In this document: in pieces, positions 21,961-32,101 of the stretch | Layout of the letters: each line of letters begins with the position of its first letter | Numbering within the stretch: the first letter of the stretch is position 1 | Origin: Bacillota bacterium | GTDB taxonomy: Bacteria > Bacillota > JAAYKD01 | Reading direction: 5' to 3' | NCBI GenBank assembly: GCA_963666425.2 | Contig: OY762825.2 | Span: forward strand, 1,600,001-1,664,000 | DNA length: 64,000 nucleotides | The notes under the pieces: generated by a model | What the model was told of the DNA's origin: nothing | Seen by the model: only the letters and a program-made list of their open reading frames with translations | The model's database searches: none | Program-made: the position numbers and the translations under genes

Positions 21961-22680
21961 CTAGCTTGCGTTCGGGTTGAACAGATAACCAACACCGCGG
22001 CGGGTTTCTATATACTGCGGGGAAGAAGGATCTACCTCCACTTTTTCTCTCAAACGACGAATGGTTACATCCACGGTACGTCCGTCACCGAAAAATTCAA
22101 AACCCCACACTCTTTGCAGCAATTCATCCCGGGAGAACACCCGACCTGGATTTTGGGCAAGAAATTTCAGCAATTCGAATTCACGCAGGGTCAGATCCAA
22201 TTTTTTCTCATCCCGGCGGGCTTCAACCAAATCCAAATCGATCACTAAACCGTTGAATTCCAGCAAACTCACAGCACTTGTACCGTTGATTGAACTAACT
22301 TCATTCTTACCGAAACGTTTGCTGCGGCGCAGGAAGGCTTTAATCCGTGCCATCAGTTCACGAATGCTGAACGGTTTGGTCATATAATCATCCGCTCCGG
22401 CATCCAGACCATTGACTAAATCCACTTCATTGTCTTTGGCAGTCAACATAATAATCGGAATCGTCAGTTCTTTTCGAAGCTGGCGGCAAACACTGACACC
22501 ATCCAGTTTGGGGAGCATGATATCCAGCAAAATCAAATCCGGCTGATAAAGATACGCTTTTGTCACGGCTTCTTCACCGTCAAAAGCCACTTCAACCTGA
22601 TAACCATCTTTTTCTAAATTATACTTGATAATTTCAGCAATGGGCTTTTCGTCTTCTACGACCAGAATCTTCTCTGACAT
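21961..22680 (-). CDS. walR: Response regulator WalR
   Basis: VEDEKPIA, LDIMLP, RTVDVTIRRLREK, TRRGVGY. Confidence 0.92.
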   Translation of the reverse strand: MSEKILVVEDEKPIAEIIKYNLEKDGYQVEVAFDGEEAVTKAYLYQPDLILLDIMLPKLDGVSVCRQLRKELTIPIIMLTAKDNEVDLVNGLDAGADDYMTKPFSIRELMARIKAFLRRSKRFGKNEVSSINGTSAVSLLEFNGLVIDLDLVEARRDEKKLDLTLREFELLKFLAQNPGRVFSRDELLQRVWGFEFFGDGRTVDVTIRRLREKVEVDPSSPQYIETRRGVGYLFNPNAS

Positions 22681-22799
22681 CCCTTCATCGCCTCCACCTT
22701 AACTGTAAATATATTCATTCGTCAAAGCTGAATCAGTTCCCTTCTCTTACAGCCCACTCGATTTTAGCTTGAGGCAGCACTGCCGATCACAGCTCAAAA

Positions 22800-22833
22800 A
22801 AACAGCCGGCAGTGTTTGAACTGCCGGCTGTTT
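22800..22833 (-). terminator. Terminator after the M23 gene
   Basis: aaacagccggcagt...actgccggctgttt. Confidence 0.65.
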
Positions 22834-22840
22834 GTCTTTT

Positions 22841-24337
22841 TTATGGCAAATACGGCCAGGGATTGACACGTACACCGTTGACAAGGATTTCAAAGTGTAA
22901 GTGAGTACCGAAACTGTAGCCGGTGTTGCCTTCAATACCAATGGCATCGCCCTGACGTACCGATTCGCCGTAAGAAACCAGGAAGGAACTTAAGTGTCCA
23001 TAGCGGGTCATGTAGCCATTATTGTGATTGATGGTGATATAATTGCCCAAACCGAAATAATCATAGCCGATATCAGAAACGACGCCGGAGTCGGCTGCCA
23101 CAATGGTGGCGTAACTGCCGGTGGAAATATCCATGCCGCGGTGATAACCATATTCATACCAGCCATAACCGGCCGTAACGGTACCCCATAAAGGCCAAGT
23201 AAACGTTCCGGTACCCACGCCATACGGAATTTGGGTTCCTTTTAGGACAACCTGGGTGACAGGCTGACTGACGATCGTTTCACCCAAAGACGCTCTCGTT
23301 ACTTCAATCCCGTTCTGACGTGTAATCGCATATTCTGCAACTTTTAAGCCATAGGAACCTGAGGTCAGCACCTGGCTTTCCGTGACATACATCTCATCGG
23401 AATAACGGGTTTCCGTAGCATAGGGAAGACTGATTTCCTCACGCACGGTTTCATTGGTCACAACGCCAACCATTGGCTCCGCTTGGGTGATCACCAATTG
23501 GTCACCCGGTTTCAGATAAGCGGCATTGGGATTATTCGCTAAAAGCTCGTCCACCGAAACAGATTGTGCCATCGCAATATCCCAGATGGTATCGCCGCTG
23601 TTGACGGTAACAACTTCATTGCGAACCGAACCGGAAACCAGTAAATTTGTCGCTTCATTGATGGATTTTACATCCGCAAGACTGACTGTTTCACGGTGAA
23701 CGGTAAGGGTATCGGAAAACTGCGCCTGCAGTGTTTCCACTTCACTTGAATCCGAGGTATAATAAAGGCGGACATTATCCAAAACCTGATTGACATCCGC
23801 AGCACTGGCAAGTGCAATTTTTGCTCTGTCTTCTACATAGATGACGGAAGCCTGCGCTTTGATCGTCATTTTCTGACTTAAGGCTGTTTTCAGTTCCTTG
23901 TTTGTGCTGAAACTTTCTCTTTGCATCACCGGATAGTAGCTAACAGCCGGATCCGCGACTAAAGAGTAACTCGAGCTGATTCCGCTTTCCGCAAGAACTT
24001 CATTGACTAATTTTTGCCCAATCTCCGGCGATTGAACCGTGCCTATCACTTCTTGATCGATCATGACCTGATAAGCTACCCGCGGTATCGCCGCACCAAT
24101 CAAGATGACCAAAGTCAGCAGCACAGCCATCATCGTTTTTCCGATTCTGTTCCGGCGAACTGCCAAGGTATGATTTACCTTTTGCCAAGCCAGCTTACTC
24201 TCATTCCAAACCGGAAGCACGATCCTGCTTCTTTCCATTCTCAAATCCGAAATTAAGAGTTCGGGTGAGAGAAGCTGAAACAGCTTACGTCTGGATTGAC
24301 GCAGCCCTTCTTTTAAAAATGTGAGATTAATCCTCAA
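22841..24337 (-). CDS. M23 peptidase with LysM and G5 domains
   Basis: GDTIWDIA (LysM), G5-like segment, HRGMDI, YGHL, HLHFE. Confidence 0.9.
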   Translation of the reverse strand: MRINLTFLKEGLRQSRRKLFQLLSPELLISDLRMERSRIVLPVWNESKLAWQKVNHTLAVRRNRIGKTMMAVLLTLVILIGAAIPRVAYQVMIDQEVIGTVQSPEIGQKLVNEVLAESGISSSYSLVADPAVSYYPVMQRESFSTNKELKTALSQKMTIKAQASVIYVEDRAKIALASAADVNQVLDNVRLYYTSDSSEVETLQAQFSDTLTVHRETVSLADVKSINEATNLLVSGSVRNEVVTVNSGDTIWDIAMAQSVSVDELLANNPNAAYLKPGDQLVITQAEPMVGVVTNETVREEISLPYATETRYSDEMYVTESQVLTSGSYGLKVAEYAITRQNGIEVTRASLGETIVSQPVTQVVLKGTQIPYGVGTGTFTWPLWGTVTAGYGWYEYGYHRGMDISTGSYATIVAADSGVVSDIGYDYFGLGNYITINHNNGYMTRYGHLSSFLVSYGESVRQGDAIGIEGNTGYSFGTHLHFEILVNGVRVNPWPYLP

Positions 24338-24410
24338 TAGGAGCTGCCTCCTTTTCTGCTCAATATCGCGTGAGTTCAGTCAAGATAACTAGCCAAAATT
24401 ACTGTTACAT

Positions 24411-24427
24411 TGTAACCTGATTGTAAT
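24411..24427. promoter_or_regulatory. Putative WalR box
   Basis: TGTAAC-CTGAT-TGTAAT matches TGTWAH-N5-TGTWAH, upstream of a peptidoglycan hydrolase gene. Confidence 0.55.
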
Positions 24428-24935
24428 AAAAAATCAAGTCTTTCGCCTGTCAAATCAATCCGACCTAATGCCATTTATTTCCACGCGATTCAATCTCTGC
24501 TTTTCTGCTCAAATAAAGCGAAGCTGAATAGAAGAATGATTATTTCTATGATTTCGAAAAATAAAAGCAGCTAATTAAATGATTTAAGCTGTTATTTTAT
24601 TTGCTAGTAATCTGCCTACATATTTCTATATCGTGACAGAAACTGTAACATTTTGTGACATCTGTAACTTTACTCCTCAAGCGCAGAATCGCTCTGGAAA
24701 AATAGCTCCGGATTTTAGAGATTTATTTCACAGAGTTGGGCATTATCGTTGTATTTCGTGTAATTAAGCCAGAGACGCATAATAAAATCCATGAAAATTC
24801 GGCTATATATTGTCTTTCAATTTTTCACTCTCTACTATACCTAGATTTACTTTAATTTGTAAAAACAAAATCGGCCGCGAAAAAAAAGAAAAGGCATGAT
24901 GCTTGCTGCAGCATCATGCCAAAAACCTAACAACT

Positions 24936-25010
24936 TGGAGCGGAAGACGGGATTCGAACCCGCAACATTCAGCTTGGGAAGCTGACGCTCTACCGTTGAA
25001 CTACTTCCGC
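24936..25010 (-). tRNA. tRNA-Gly(CCC)
   Basis: GCGGAAG acceptor stem, TCAGC-TTCCCAA-GCTGA anticodon arm, GGTTCGAATCC, encoded CCA. Confidence 0.95.
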
Positions 25011-25020
25011 TGATCAAAGA

Positions 25021-25095
25021 TGGAGCCAGTGATAGGATTCGAACCTACAACCTACTGATTACAAATCAGTTGCGCTGCCGTTGCGCCACACTGGC
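25021..25095 (-). tRNA. tRNA-Thr(TGT)
   Basis: GCCAGTG acceptor stem, ACTGA-TTTGTAA-TCAGT anticodon arm, GGTTCGAATCC, encoded CCA. Confidence 0.95.
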
Positions 25096-25115
25096 TTTTC
25101 TAAGTAACATGGTAT

Positions 25116-25144
25116 AATATAACGAAAAAGAAACGTTCTGTCAA
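25116..25144 (-). promoter_or_regulatory. SigA promoter of the tRNA pair
   Basis: TTGACA-N17-TATATT. Confidence 0.7.
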
Positions 25145-25278
25145 GCCTGTTTTCGCGATACTACAGAAAAAGAAGTTCTGTGACCCGGATTACAATCAAG
25201 AAATTCACCCGGCGGCATCCGTTTGGCACAGCTGGTTTCATTTCGTTGGGAGCAGCAGACGGACAGGAGCATCTTTTT

Positions 25279-26130
25279 TTATAGGATATCAAACGGGAAG
25301 AGATAGGTAGGACATTTTCGATAGAGTTCAAAACCGCATTTTTCCGCAATCCGCTGTGAAGCTACATTATAGATGGTAGTATTCCAAACCGGAGCTAAAT
25401 GTATCTTGATACAGTGTTCGAGATAGGCTCTGGTTACCATAGTGGCAAGTCCTTTGTTGCGGTCGCTGTCATTATAAGTGCGTAAGACGCAGTCATGGTA
25501 AACACCGCTGACATAGCCGCTGAAGCAGACGGAAATAACATGATGTCCCGAGGTTACGCAATAGCCAAAGCCCTTAGTCAGGAACGCTTCCAACGATAGC
25601 CAATCATTACCCAGGATATCCTCCCTTAAAATATGACTCACGTCATTCTGCAGCATAGAGGTATCGATTTTTTTCAGTTCGTAATTGCCCGGCAGCGGCA
25701 CTTCTGTTTTCGTTGTACGCAAATAGTTCTGCCGGTTAAAAACATAGGTCAGAGTTTCAGTCTTTTCGAACTCACTGTCTTCTCTCACTTTGCCCAAGAT
25801 CTGATCAAAGGTATCCTGCCAGGTCTCTTCATAAAAGGGCAGGTAGAAGTGAGTGCCGCCGGAAAGGGAAAGTGAGGCGGGAGCCAATTGATTTTTCAGA
25901 AAATCATACAGATACGAATTGAATTCCGGGTTATTGCTTTGGCCTAAAACAGCAAAGGAGCTGCCGACTGCCCAAAGCAAAGCTGACTTGGGGTTCTCAA
26001 TGTCATCCACATAAATTCTGCCCGGATTGGTTTCGTCTACTACTGCGAGCAAACGGACATTCACATCCGGTCTGCCTTTAATCAGCGGCATGATATAACG
26101 GTAGTGCTGCCGGGGCAATTCTGTAATCAT
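25279..26130 (-). CDS. GNAT family acetyltransferase
   Basis: RNKGLA acetyl-CoA loop, NVASQRIAEKCGF; start MITEL after the RBS. Confidence 0.8.
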   Translation of the reverse strand: MITELPRQHYRYIMPLIKGRPDVNVRLLAVVDETNPGRIYVDDIENPKSALLWAVGSSFAVLGQSNNPEFNSYLYDFLKNQLAPASLSLSGGTHFYLPFYEETWQDTFDQILGKVREDSEFEKTETLTYVFNRQNYLRTTKTEVPLPGNYELKKIDTSMLQNDVSHILREDILGNDWLSLEAFLTKGFGYCVTSGHHVISVCFSGYVSGVYHDCVLRTYNDSDRNKGLATMVTRAYLEHCIKIHLAPVWNTTIYNVASQRIAEKCGFELYRKCPTYLFPFDIL

Positions 26131-26262
26131 CTGATTCCCCCCTTTTATTGCAAAATCCCTCTGATTCATTATAACATGCTGTCAGGAATTTACAACTGGA
26201 AGGTGCCTGAATTATCACTTTCAGGAATGAAATTCCTATTTCACAGTTTCGTTTTGGACGAG

Positions 26263-27456
26263 TTATTTCTTAACTTCCGCAGCGATCGGATTGAGATACT
26301 TCTGCTCTACAGCAGGCACATAATAGGCGCCGTATGTTTTCAGCCCGTTTTCCCGCTGCAGATCGATTAGTTCAACCCAGAACCGGTAATATGGAAAAAA
26401 AGTTTCGTTTGTATTGGCTGTTCGGTAGACTAATTCTGTTTTCACAATATATTCTTCACCGGGCATTTTTTCAGGAACAGAAGTGAAATAGTTCCCGTTC
26501 AGCAATAATTCGGCAGCTTCCTCCGCTGTAATGATCGGATAATCACCGATTTTTTCAGCAAGGGTAAGTTGATTGGATTTGCGGATCAGCCTTAAATTTC
26601 CATTATCATCCGGAGCGAACTGTACTTTATTGAAATTGAAATTTAAAATCTGCTCTGTCAGGCTGCCCGCCGAATCGTAGGCGTAGTAGCTCCGATTGCG
26701 GCTGCCATCAAACGTATAATCTGCAAAGAGAGCCTTTTGTGGCTGGTCGAAAGAGACGAACGCAGCGTACCTTTCCAGTAAATAATCAGTTATGCTTTTC
26801 GCTTCCTCATCTGAGATATCTTCGTTCTTAAAGTAATATTCCGCAGGTAACGCAAGACCTTCGATAAAATTGATCGTAACCATGGCGCTTTTCGTAACCG
26901 CTATCTTCGCAGTCGCGGTCTCGGCAATGACAGACCATATCACATCATGATCATCAAGGCTTGCCTCCGATTTATAGCCAGGTTTCTCATTGACATCGTA
27001 TTTAATGTCTGTTATTTTCATTCCCAGTGCGTTCGCAGCCTGCTCGGTCAACTCCAGCATGTGTTCTTTTCCGATTCCGGCCGAGGCGATACCAGACGAA
27101 TAGTAAGGAATATTTTGATAAACCGGCATGGTATTCAATTTGCTGTTTACCGTCCACGGATTGCCATTCGCAAGCTCGGAAATATCATAAGCCAAACAGG
27201 CCTCGAAGCCCATTCCCCCACTTTCCGCTGAGATCGTCAGCTTGGGCAGATTCCTCGCCTCCATAGAGATTTTCAGCTCGGATAGCATGGTTGGAAGGAA
27301 CCTGACTCCAGCAGAGAACATCAGCAGCAGACAAGCGGCAAGCAAACTCCATTTCAGCCAAATGCGTTTTTGGCTGACCTTTTCTTTCAGCGCCGCTTCT
27401 TCAATATATTCGTCCTTGACTTGGCCGATCACATGGAGAATCTTTTCATTTTTCAT
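26263..27456 (-). CDS. Putative anti-sigma membrane protein
   Basis: IGQVKDEYIEEA N-terminus, single TM (AACLLL), ATGA overlap with the ECF sigma gene. Confidence 0.65.
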   Translation of the reverse strand: MKNEKILHVIGQVKDEYIEEAALKEKVSQKRIWLKWSLLAACLLLMFSAGVRFLPTMLSELKISMEARNLPKLTISAESGGMGFEACLAYDISELANGNPWTVNSKLNTMPVYQNIPYYSSGIASAGIGKEHMLELTEQAANALGMKITDIKYDVNEKPGYKSEASLDDHDVIWSVIAETATAKIAVTKSAMVTINFIEGLALPAEYYFKNEDISDEEAKSITDYLLERYAAFVSFDQPQKALFADYTFDGSRNRSYYAYDSAGSLTEQILNFNFNKVQFAPDDNGNLRLIRKSNQLTLAEKIGDYPIITAEEAAELLLNGNYFTSVPEKMPGEEYIVKTELVYRTANTNETFFPYYRFWVELIDLQRENGLKTYGAYYVPAVEQKYLNPIAAEVKK

Positions 27457-28013
27457 AGAGTGATGCCTTCTTTCTCAAGAAATAGCTTTAGTTCGTTGCG
27501 CAGCCTGAATAAGATGGATTTCACCTTATTTTCGTTCATTTTGTATTCCTTGGCAATTTCCTTGATTGAACAGAGATACCAATAGCGGCGCATGAAGACA
27601 ATGCGATTCATTCGGGGCAAGGCAGCAAGAAAAGAGTTGATGGTGTCAAGCAAAAGTATTTCATCGACTGATTGTTCCACACTCTCAGACGATGGCACGC
27701 AATCATCCAGTTCAGACAATACGAGATCAACCTGCCCGGAGCCTCGTTTATTGGCGGTATACCCCATATATTTGTTGATTGAAAGATTGCGCGTTATTTT
27801 ACCCAAATAGGTAGACAAGCGATTGGGACGCTGCGTCGGCATAGAGTTCCACGCTCGCAGATAGGTATCATTGACACACTCTTCAGCATCCTGCTGGTTA
27901 TGCAGGATGTTAAAAGAAATATAACGACAATACTTTGCGTATTTGATGGATGTTTCAGTGATCGCATTATCAGAACGTTCCCAGTAGAGATCTACTATCT
28001 TGCTATCTTCCAT
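27453..28013 (-). CDS. ECF RNA polymerase sigma factor
   Basis: DAEECVNDTY, ITRN, region 4 SIKEIA...VKSILFRLR; start 28013 or 28034. Confidence 0.9.
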   Translation of the reverse strand: MEDSKIVDLYWERSDNAITETSIKYAKYCRYISFNILHNQQDAEECVNDTYLRAWNSMPTQRPNRLSTYLGKITRNLSINKYMGYTANKRGSGQVDLVLSELDDCVPSSESVEQSVDEILLLDTINSFLAALPRMNRIVFMRRYWYLCSIKEIAKEYKMNENKVKSILFRLRNELKLFLEKEGITL

Positions 28014-28058
28014 CACACTTTTCCCTTTCCTCATAGAATAAAAGGCCTTTCACCCTAA

Positions 28059-28086
28059 TACACCGGAAAAATCTTATTACGTTGCA
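28059..28086 (-). promoter_or_regulatory. Possible ECF autoregulatory promoter
   Basis: TGCAAC followed 17 nt later by GTGTA, upstream of the sigma gene. Confidence 0.4.
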
Positions 28087-28270
28087 TTAGAAAAGTAAAA
28101 TCAGCGTTCTACGCGAAACCGCTGACACTGCGCCGCTGTGATTGCCTGAACGGATGCCAACAAAATAGGCAACAAAATGGCATAGCCAAAACGACTATGC
28201 CCGCTACTGCCAGTTTGTTTCTGTATGCGCAGCTGCCTTTTTGGCGGTTGCTTTTTTTATGATCAGATCA

Positions 28271-29146
28271 TCAGTTCAAGATGTCGAGATCCTTACCCGA
28301 CAGAACCAACCCGCTATATTTCTGTTTGATCTGCCAAAGCATCTCGTCCTCCCGTTGCTGAATCGCTGCCGTGGCACCGGATTCATTGTTGCCCGCCATA
28401 AACAATTGGTGATATAAGACCAATTGTCCGGGATTCACCCGAGCGGCAATCTCGGCCAACTGGACGCTCGAGGTATGCATCGTGGTATGATAATGCAGCC
28501 ATTTGGGTGATCTGCTTTTCACTCCGGTCGCGGAATAGACTTCATGCACGAGGATATCACAACCCTTGGCCTGCTGCACCAGCTTCTCACAAGGTACCGT
28601 ATCGCCGGAAATCACGACAATCTTATTAGGGGTAGTGAATTTATAACCGTAGGCTTCAAAAGGCGGATGCAGCACACAGAAAGCCTCCACCCTGACTTTC
28701 TCGTCGGTATAAACGACCCCTTCCTCAATCTCCGTGGCTTTGACCCGAATCCCATCGGCATTGGCTTGTTCGGCGCCAAAACGGCGGGCCTCCAGATCGA
28801 CACGATAAGCCGCCAACAGATGCTCCGTCATTTCCCTGATCCCTTTTGGACCAAAGACTTGCAAAGGTTCTTCTCTGCCCAACACCCAAGGAGTCAAAAT
28901 CAGATCACTGTAACCTGCCGTGTGATCGGAATGCAGATGGGTCAGAAAAGCAATTTTGAGTTGCTTCGCTTCCAGGGCAGAGATACCCAGCCTGTGTGCT
29001 TTTTCCGCCTGCCGGACCAGGCCGGGACCAAAATCCACCAAATAGGAGCGGTCATCCACCACGACGGCCACGCAAGGCCCGGAGCGTTCCGGCAAAGCAT
29101 TGGGAGTACCGGTCCCTAAAAGAATCACCTGTGTCTTGCTTTCCAT
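28271..29146 (-). CDS. MBL-fold hydrolase (RNase Z/AtsA-like)
   Basis: LLGTGTP, THLHSDH, SGDT, LVHE. Confidence 0.85.
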   Translation of the reverse strand: MESKTQVILLGTGTPNALPERSGPCVAVVVDDRSYLVDFGPGLVRQAEKAHRLGISALEAKQLKIAFLTHLHSDHTAGYSDLILTPWVLGREEPLQVFGPKGIREMTEHLLAAYRVDLEARRFGAEQANADGIRVKATEIEEGVVYTDEKVRVEAFCVLHPPFEAYGYKFTTPNKIVVISGDTVPCEKLVQQAKGCDILVHEVYSATGVKSRSPKWLHYHTTMHTSSVQLAEIAARVNPGQLVLYHQLFMAGNNESGATAAIQQREDEMLWQIKQKYSGLVLSGKDLDILN

Positions 29147-29180
29147 GCTTTCTTCTCCTCAAAAATTGCCGGTTCAGCCG

Positions 29181-29702
29181 TTATTCTGCCGGTAAATCTC
29201 TGCAATAAGTCACTTTGGCATCGCCGTCTTCGTAAAAATCCGGGAATCTGCCGATTTCCAGATAGCCACAGCGCTCATAAAATCGCCTCGTGACGAAATA
29301 TGCCTCCTGCGAGGAAGTTTCAACGTATATTTTCTGACCGCCGCGGGTTTTGATTGCTTCCTCTGTCTTACGCAGCAGTTCGCGACCCAAACCTTTGCCC
29401 TGACAATTTTTCTTCACCACAATCCAGTAAAGATCATAGCGTCCGCGCGTGCAGGGGATTTCCCCAAAGCAGGTGAAACCGACGATTTCCCCCTCCTGCT
29501 CGGCAAGAAAGAAATGATACCCACTGGTCTCAGACCCCTTACTGAGATTTTCATCTGCCAGCTCTCCGGCAATTTCCACCTCATAATCATGAAAAGCCGC
29601 CACGGAGGCGGTCAATTCCCGAATGATTCGCTGCTCACCGGGTTGTAAATAAGTCCGAAAGCGCATGGCTGCAAACTCCGAAGCAACTGCTCTGTTTTTC
29701 AC
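29181..29702 (-). CDS. GNAT acetyltransferase
   Basis: YDLYWI, QGKGLG, FYERCGY; GTG start at 29702 with GGAGG. Confidence 0.85.
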   Translation of the reverse strand: MKNRAVASEFAAMRFRTYLQPGEQRIIRELTASVAAFHDYEVEIAGELADENLSKGSETSGYHFFLAEQEGEIVGFTCFGEIPCTRGRYDLYWIVVKKNCQGKGLGRELLRKTEEAIKTRGGQKIYVETSSQEAYFVTRRFYERCGYLEIGRFPDFYEDGDAKVTYCRDLPAE

Positions 29703-29718
29703 ATTTTTCGCCTCCCCA

Positions 29719-30702
29719 CTAAACCGCTTCCACAATCGCCTTGACGATTTCCTGAAAATCCAAACCCTTGTGTTTGGCGATATGATAAAATCCATAATAA
29801 CTGGGGTTGCCGTTGATCTCCAGAACCCAGGGCTTTTGATTTGAATCAATTCTAAAATCAATTCTGGCGTGTCCCCGCAGCCCAAAAATTCGCCAACACA
29901 GTAAAGCGATTGTTTCGAGTTCCCGCAGCAGATTTTCCTCCCCAGGCAAATCGTAAACGGCTGTTACATGATCATAACCGTAGCTTTTCTCTTCCCATTT
30001 GGCGGCATAATCGAAAATCCTCGCCATACCCAGGGCCTCATAGCCTTCAAATTTCCATTCGTACGGCTGCAGTGCGATGGGATGATCCTGATCTCCGTAG
30101 AGGCAAACGTTAAATTCCCGGCCATCGATATAGCGTTCCGCAAAAAATAAGCGGCCGAATCGTTGCTCCCTGTCACAGATCAGCTGTTCGAGCTGCCAGG
30201 AGTCCATCGGATTGACCACGGAATCTTCCGCCAGACCAATGGAGGCATCCTCGGAGACCGCCTTGATAATATATTGCTCCCCCTGGCAGAATCCGGCAGA
30301 CGATGCATGACTGACCCATTCCGGCGTGCTGATGCCAGACTCGCGCAAAATCTCTTTCGTCTTGATCTTATCCGTCGTGAGATAAAGTGCTTCGTAAGAG
30401 CAACCCGTGTAGGACAATTGCAGGTCGTTCAGCAAAGCGGGCAGCCGGTAGGCCAAATCCGCCTGACCGGGAGCAGAATCCACCATGTTCAGGATGAGCA
30501 AAGCCTGACCGTCTTTGTCGGAGACGATTTTCTTTAAATCCAGCAGCTTTTCGGTTGTAAACTCGGCCGTCGAAACCTGATAATCGGACTGCGCCAATAC
30601 CTCCGCAATCCAGAATGCCTGCGTGCGATTGTCCAACACATCCTCCGGGGTATCCGCTTCCACTTGGTTGTATAAGACGACCAGATTCTTTTTTTCATTC
30701 AT
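29719..30702 (-). CDS. Ddl-like ATP-grasp ligase 3
   Basis: YTGC...DK, KAVSEDASIG, ERYIDGREF, RIDFR, LEINGNP. Confidence 0.85.
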   Translation of the reverse strand: MNEKKNLVVLYNQVEADTPEDVLDNRTQAFWIAEVLAQSDYQVSTAEFTTEKLLDLKKIVSDKDGQALLILNMVDSAPGQADLAYRLPALLNDLQLSYTGCSYEALYLTTDKIKTKEILRESGISTPEWVSHASSAGFCQGEQYIIKAVSEDASIGLAEDSVVNPMDSWQLEQLICDREQRFGRLFFAERYIDGREFNVCLYGDQDHPIALQPYEWKFEGYEALGMARIFDYAAKWEEKSYGYDHVTAVYDLPGEENLLRELETIALLCWRIFGLRGHARIDFRIDSNQKPWVLEINGNPSYYGFYHIAKHKGLDFQEIVKAIVEAV

Positions 30703-31097
30703 TTTGTATCCTGTTCCAAGACATCAAACCAAAGCGGTTCCATGTCATCCACAATTCCGTTATAATTAATGGTGATTTCTTCGCCGGCTGCTATCTTCTG
30801 GACCGTGACAAATTCAATGATTTGTTCCTTTTGTTGGCGAAAAAAACGTGCATTGGGATGGTAAGAGTGGTTGAATAAAGAGCCGACACCCAAGGCCAAA
30901 GCACCATCCTCTAAATTTTCTCCCCAAAAATAACAATAGGGGTAAAAAACCGTATCCTCCAGGTGAGTCCAGGTCTCTTTCGCAAACGTGATCACCGGCG
31001 AACGTTCAATTATTTCACCTTGCTGGAAATCCCTTGCGGCAAACACCCCGCGCCCCTTGCCCTTGACATTTTTAATCACAACAGACACATACAACAC
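30699..31097 (-). CDS. SET domain protein
   Basis: GKGRGVFA, FNHSYHPN, GEEITINY. Confidence 0.9.
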   Translation of the reverse strand: MLYVSVVIKNVKGKGRGVFAARDFQQGEIIERSPVITFAKETWTHLEDTVFYPYCYFWGENLEDGALALGVGSLFNHSYHPNARFFRQQKEQIIEFVTVQKIAAGEEITINYNGIVDDMEPLWFDVLEQDTK

Positions 31098-31102
31098 ATC
31101 CT

Positions 31103-32101
31103 CTAAATCAGCTCAGAAATCAGACTCTGAATTAAATTGGTATAAGAATAACCCATCGTTTGCGCTGAAAGATAAAAACCTGCGCCATTGTCTGATAAGC
31201 AGGGATTAGCATTGATCTCCAGCAGCCAGGGGTTTCCTGCCGAATCCACCCGGTAATCGTATCTGGTATAACCTTTGATCACAAAATGATACCAACACTG
31301 CAAGGAAATCGCTTTGATCTTCTCCATCAGAGCGCGATCGGTACTGTCAAAATGGACGGTTGCTCGTGAGTTTTGATATTCAAAACTATTAACCTGCCAT
31401 TTTGAATTGTAGTCCAGGATTCTTTCCTTTTGACAGGCTTCATAACCGAGAAAATGAATTTCACTGGGTGACAGAACCACCACATCTCCTTTTTCAGACA
31501 TCATCGGAAGATTTATTTCCCTGCCTTCAATATAGCGTTCCGCAAAATAGGGCATGCCCGTCGCGCTTTCCAGCTGCTGTAATTCACATCTCAATTCCGC
31601 AATGTTTTCTGCTGTGACCAGTGAATTCTGGCTGACCCCCACCGAAGCATCTTCATAGATCGGTTTCAATATGTATTTCTGCTTGGCTGTGAAACCGCGC
31701 TGCTCGGTTAAACTGACCCAGGCCGGAGTTGGAATTCCCAATTTCTCCAAACACTTTTTGCAGAGAATCTTATTCGTCGTAAGCTGCAGCGTATGAGCTG
31801 TGCAGCCTGTATATTTGATCTGCATTTCTTCATAAAGATCAGAGGCCAAGTAACTCAGTTTTGCTTCTCCGGCCAAGGCCTCCACTAAATTGAAAATAAA
31901 CAAAGGCGCCAAAGGCTGCAGATTGTTCAAAATACGCCGTAAATCTTCCCGATCGCCCTGCACCGGCTGCAGCGCAACCGTATAGCCAAGTTTTCCGAGT
32001 GCTTCGGCAATCAAAGTGACTTGATCCAAAACATCCCGCTCATCCGGCGCAGCGGATGCATTGACCTGATTGTATAAAATCGGCACCAAGCCTCTGCTCA
32101 T
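31103..32101 (-). CDS. Ddl-like ATP-grasp ligase 2
   Basis: FNLVE, KPIYEDASVG, ERYIEGREI, RYDYR, LEINANP; start MSRG at 32101. Confidence 0.85.
   Translation of the reverse strand: MSRGLVPILYNQVNASAAPDERDVLDQVTLIAEALGKLGYTVALQPVQGDREDLRRILNNLQPLAPLFIFNLVEALAGEAKLSYLASDLYEEMQIKYTGCTAHTLQLTTNKILCKKCLEKLGIPTPAWVSLTEQRGFTAKQKYILKPIYEDASVGVSQNSLVTAENIAELRCELQQLESATGMPYFAERYIEGREINLPMMSEKGDVVVLSPSEIHFLGYEACQKERILDYNSKWQVNSFEYQNSRATVHFDSTDRALMEKIKAISLQCWYHFVIKGYTRYDYRVDSAGNPWLLEINANPCLSDNGAGFYLSAQTMGYSYTNLIQSLISELI

Noticed and set aside
24340-24935. oriC, or a tRNA-anchored island in the AT-rich gap
   Set aside because: No cluster of TTATCCACA DnaA boxes, no dnaA, no integrase and no duplicated tRNA 3' end
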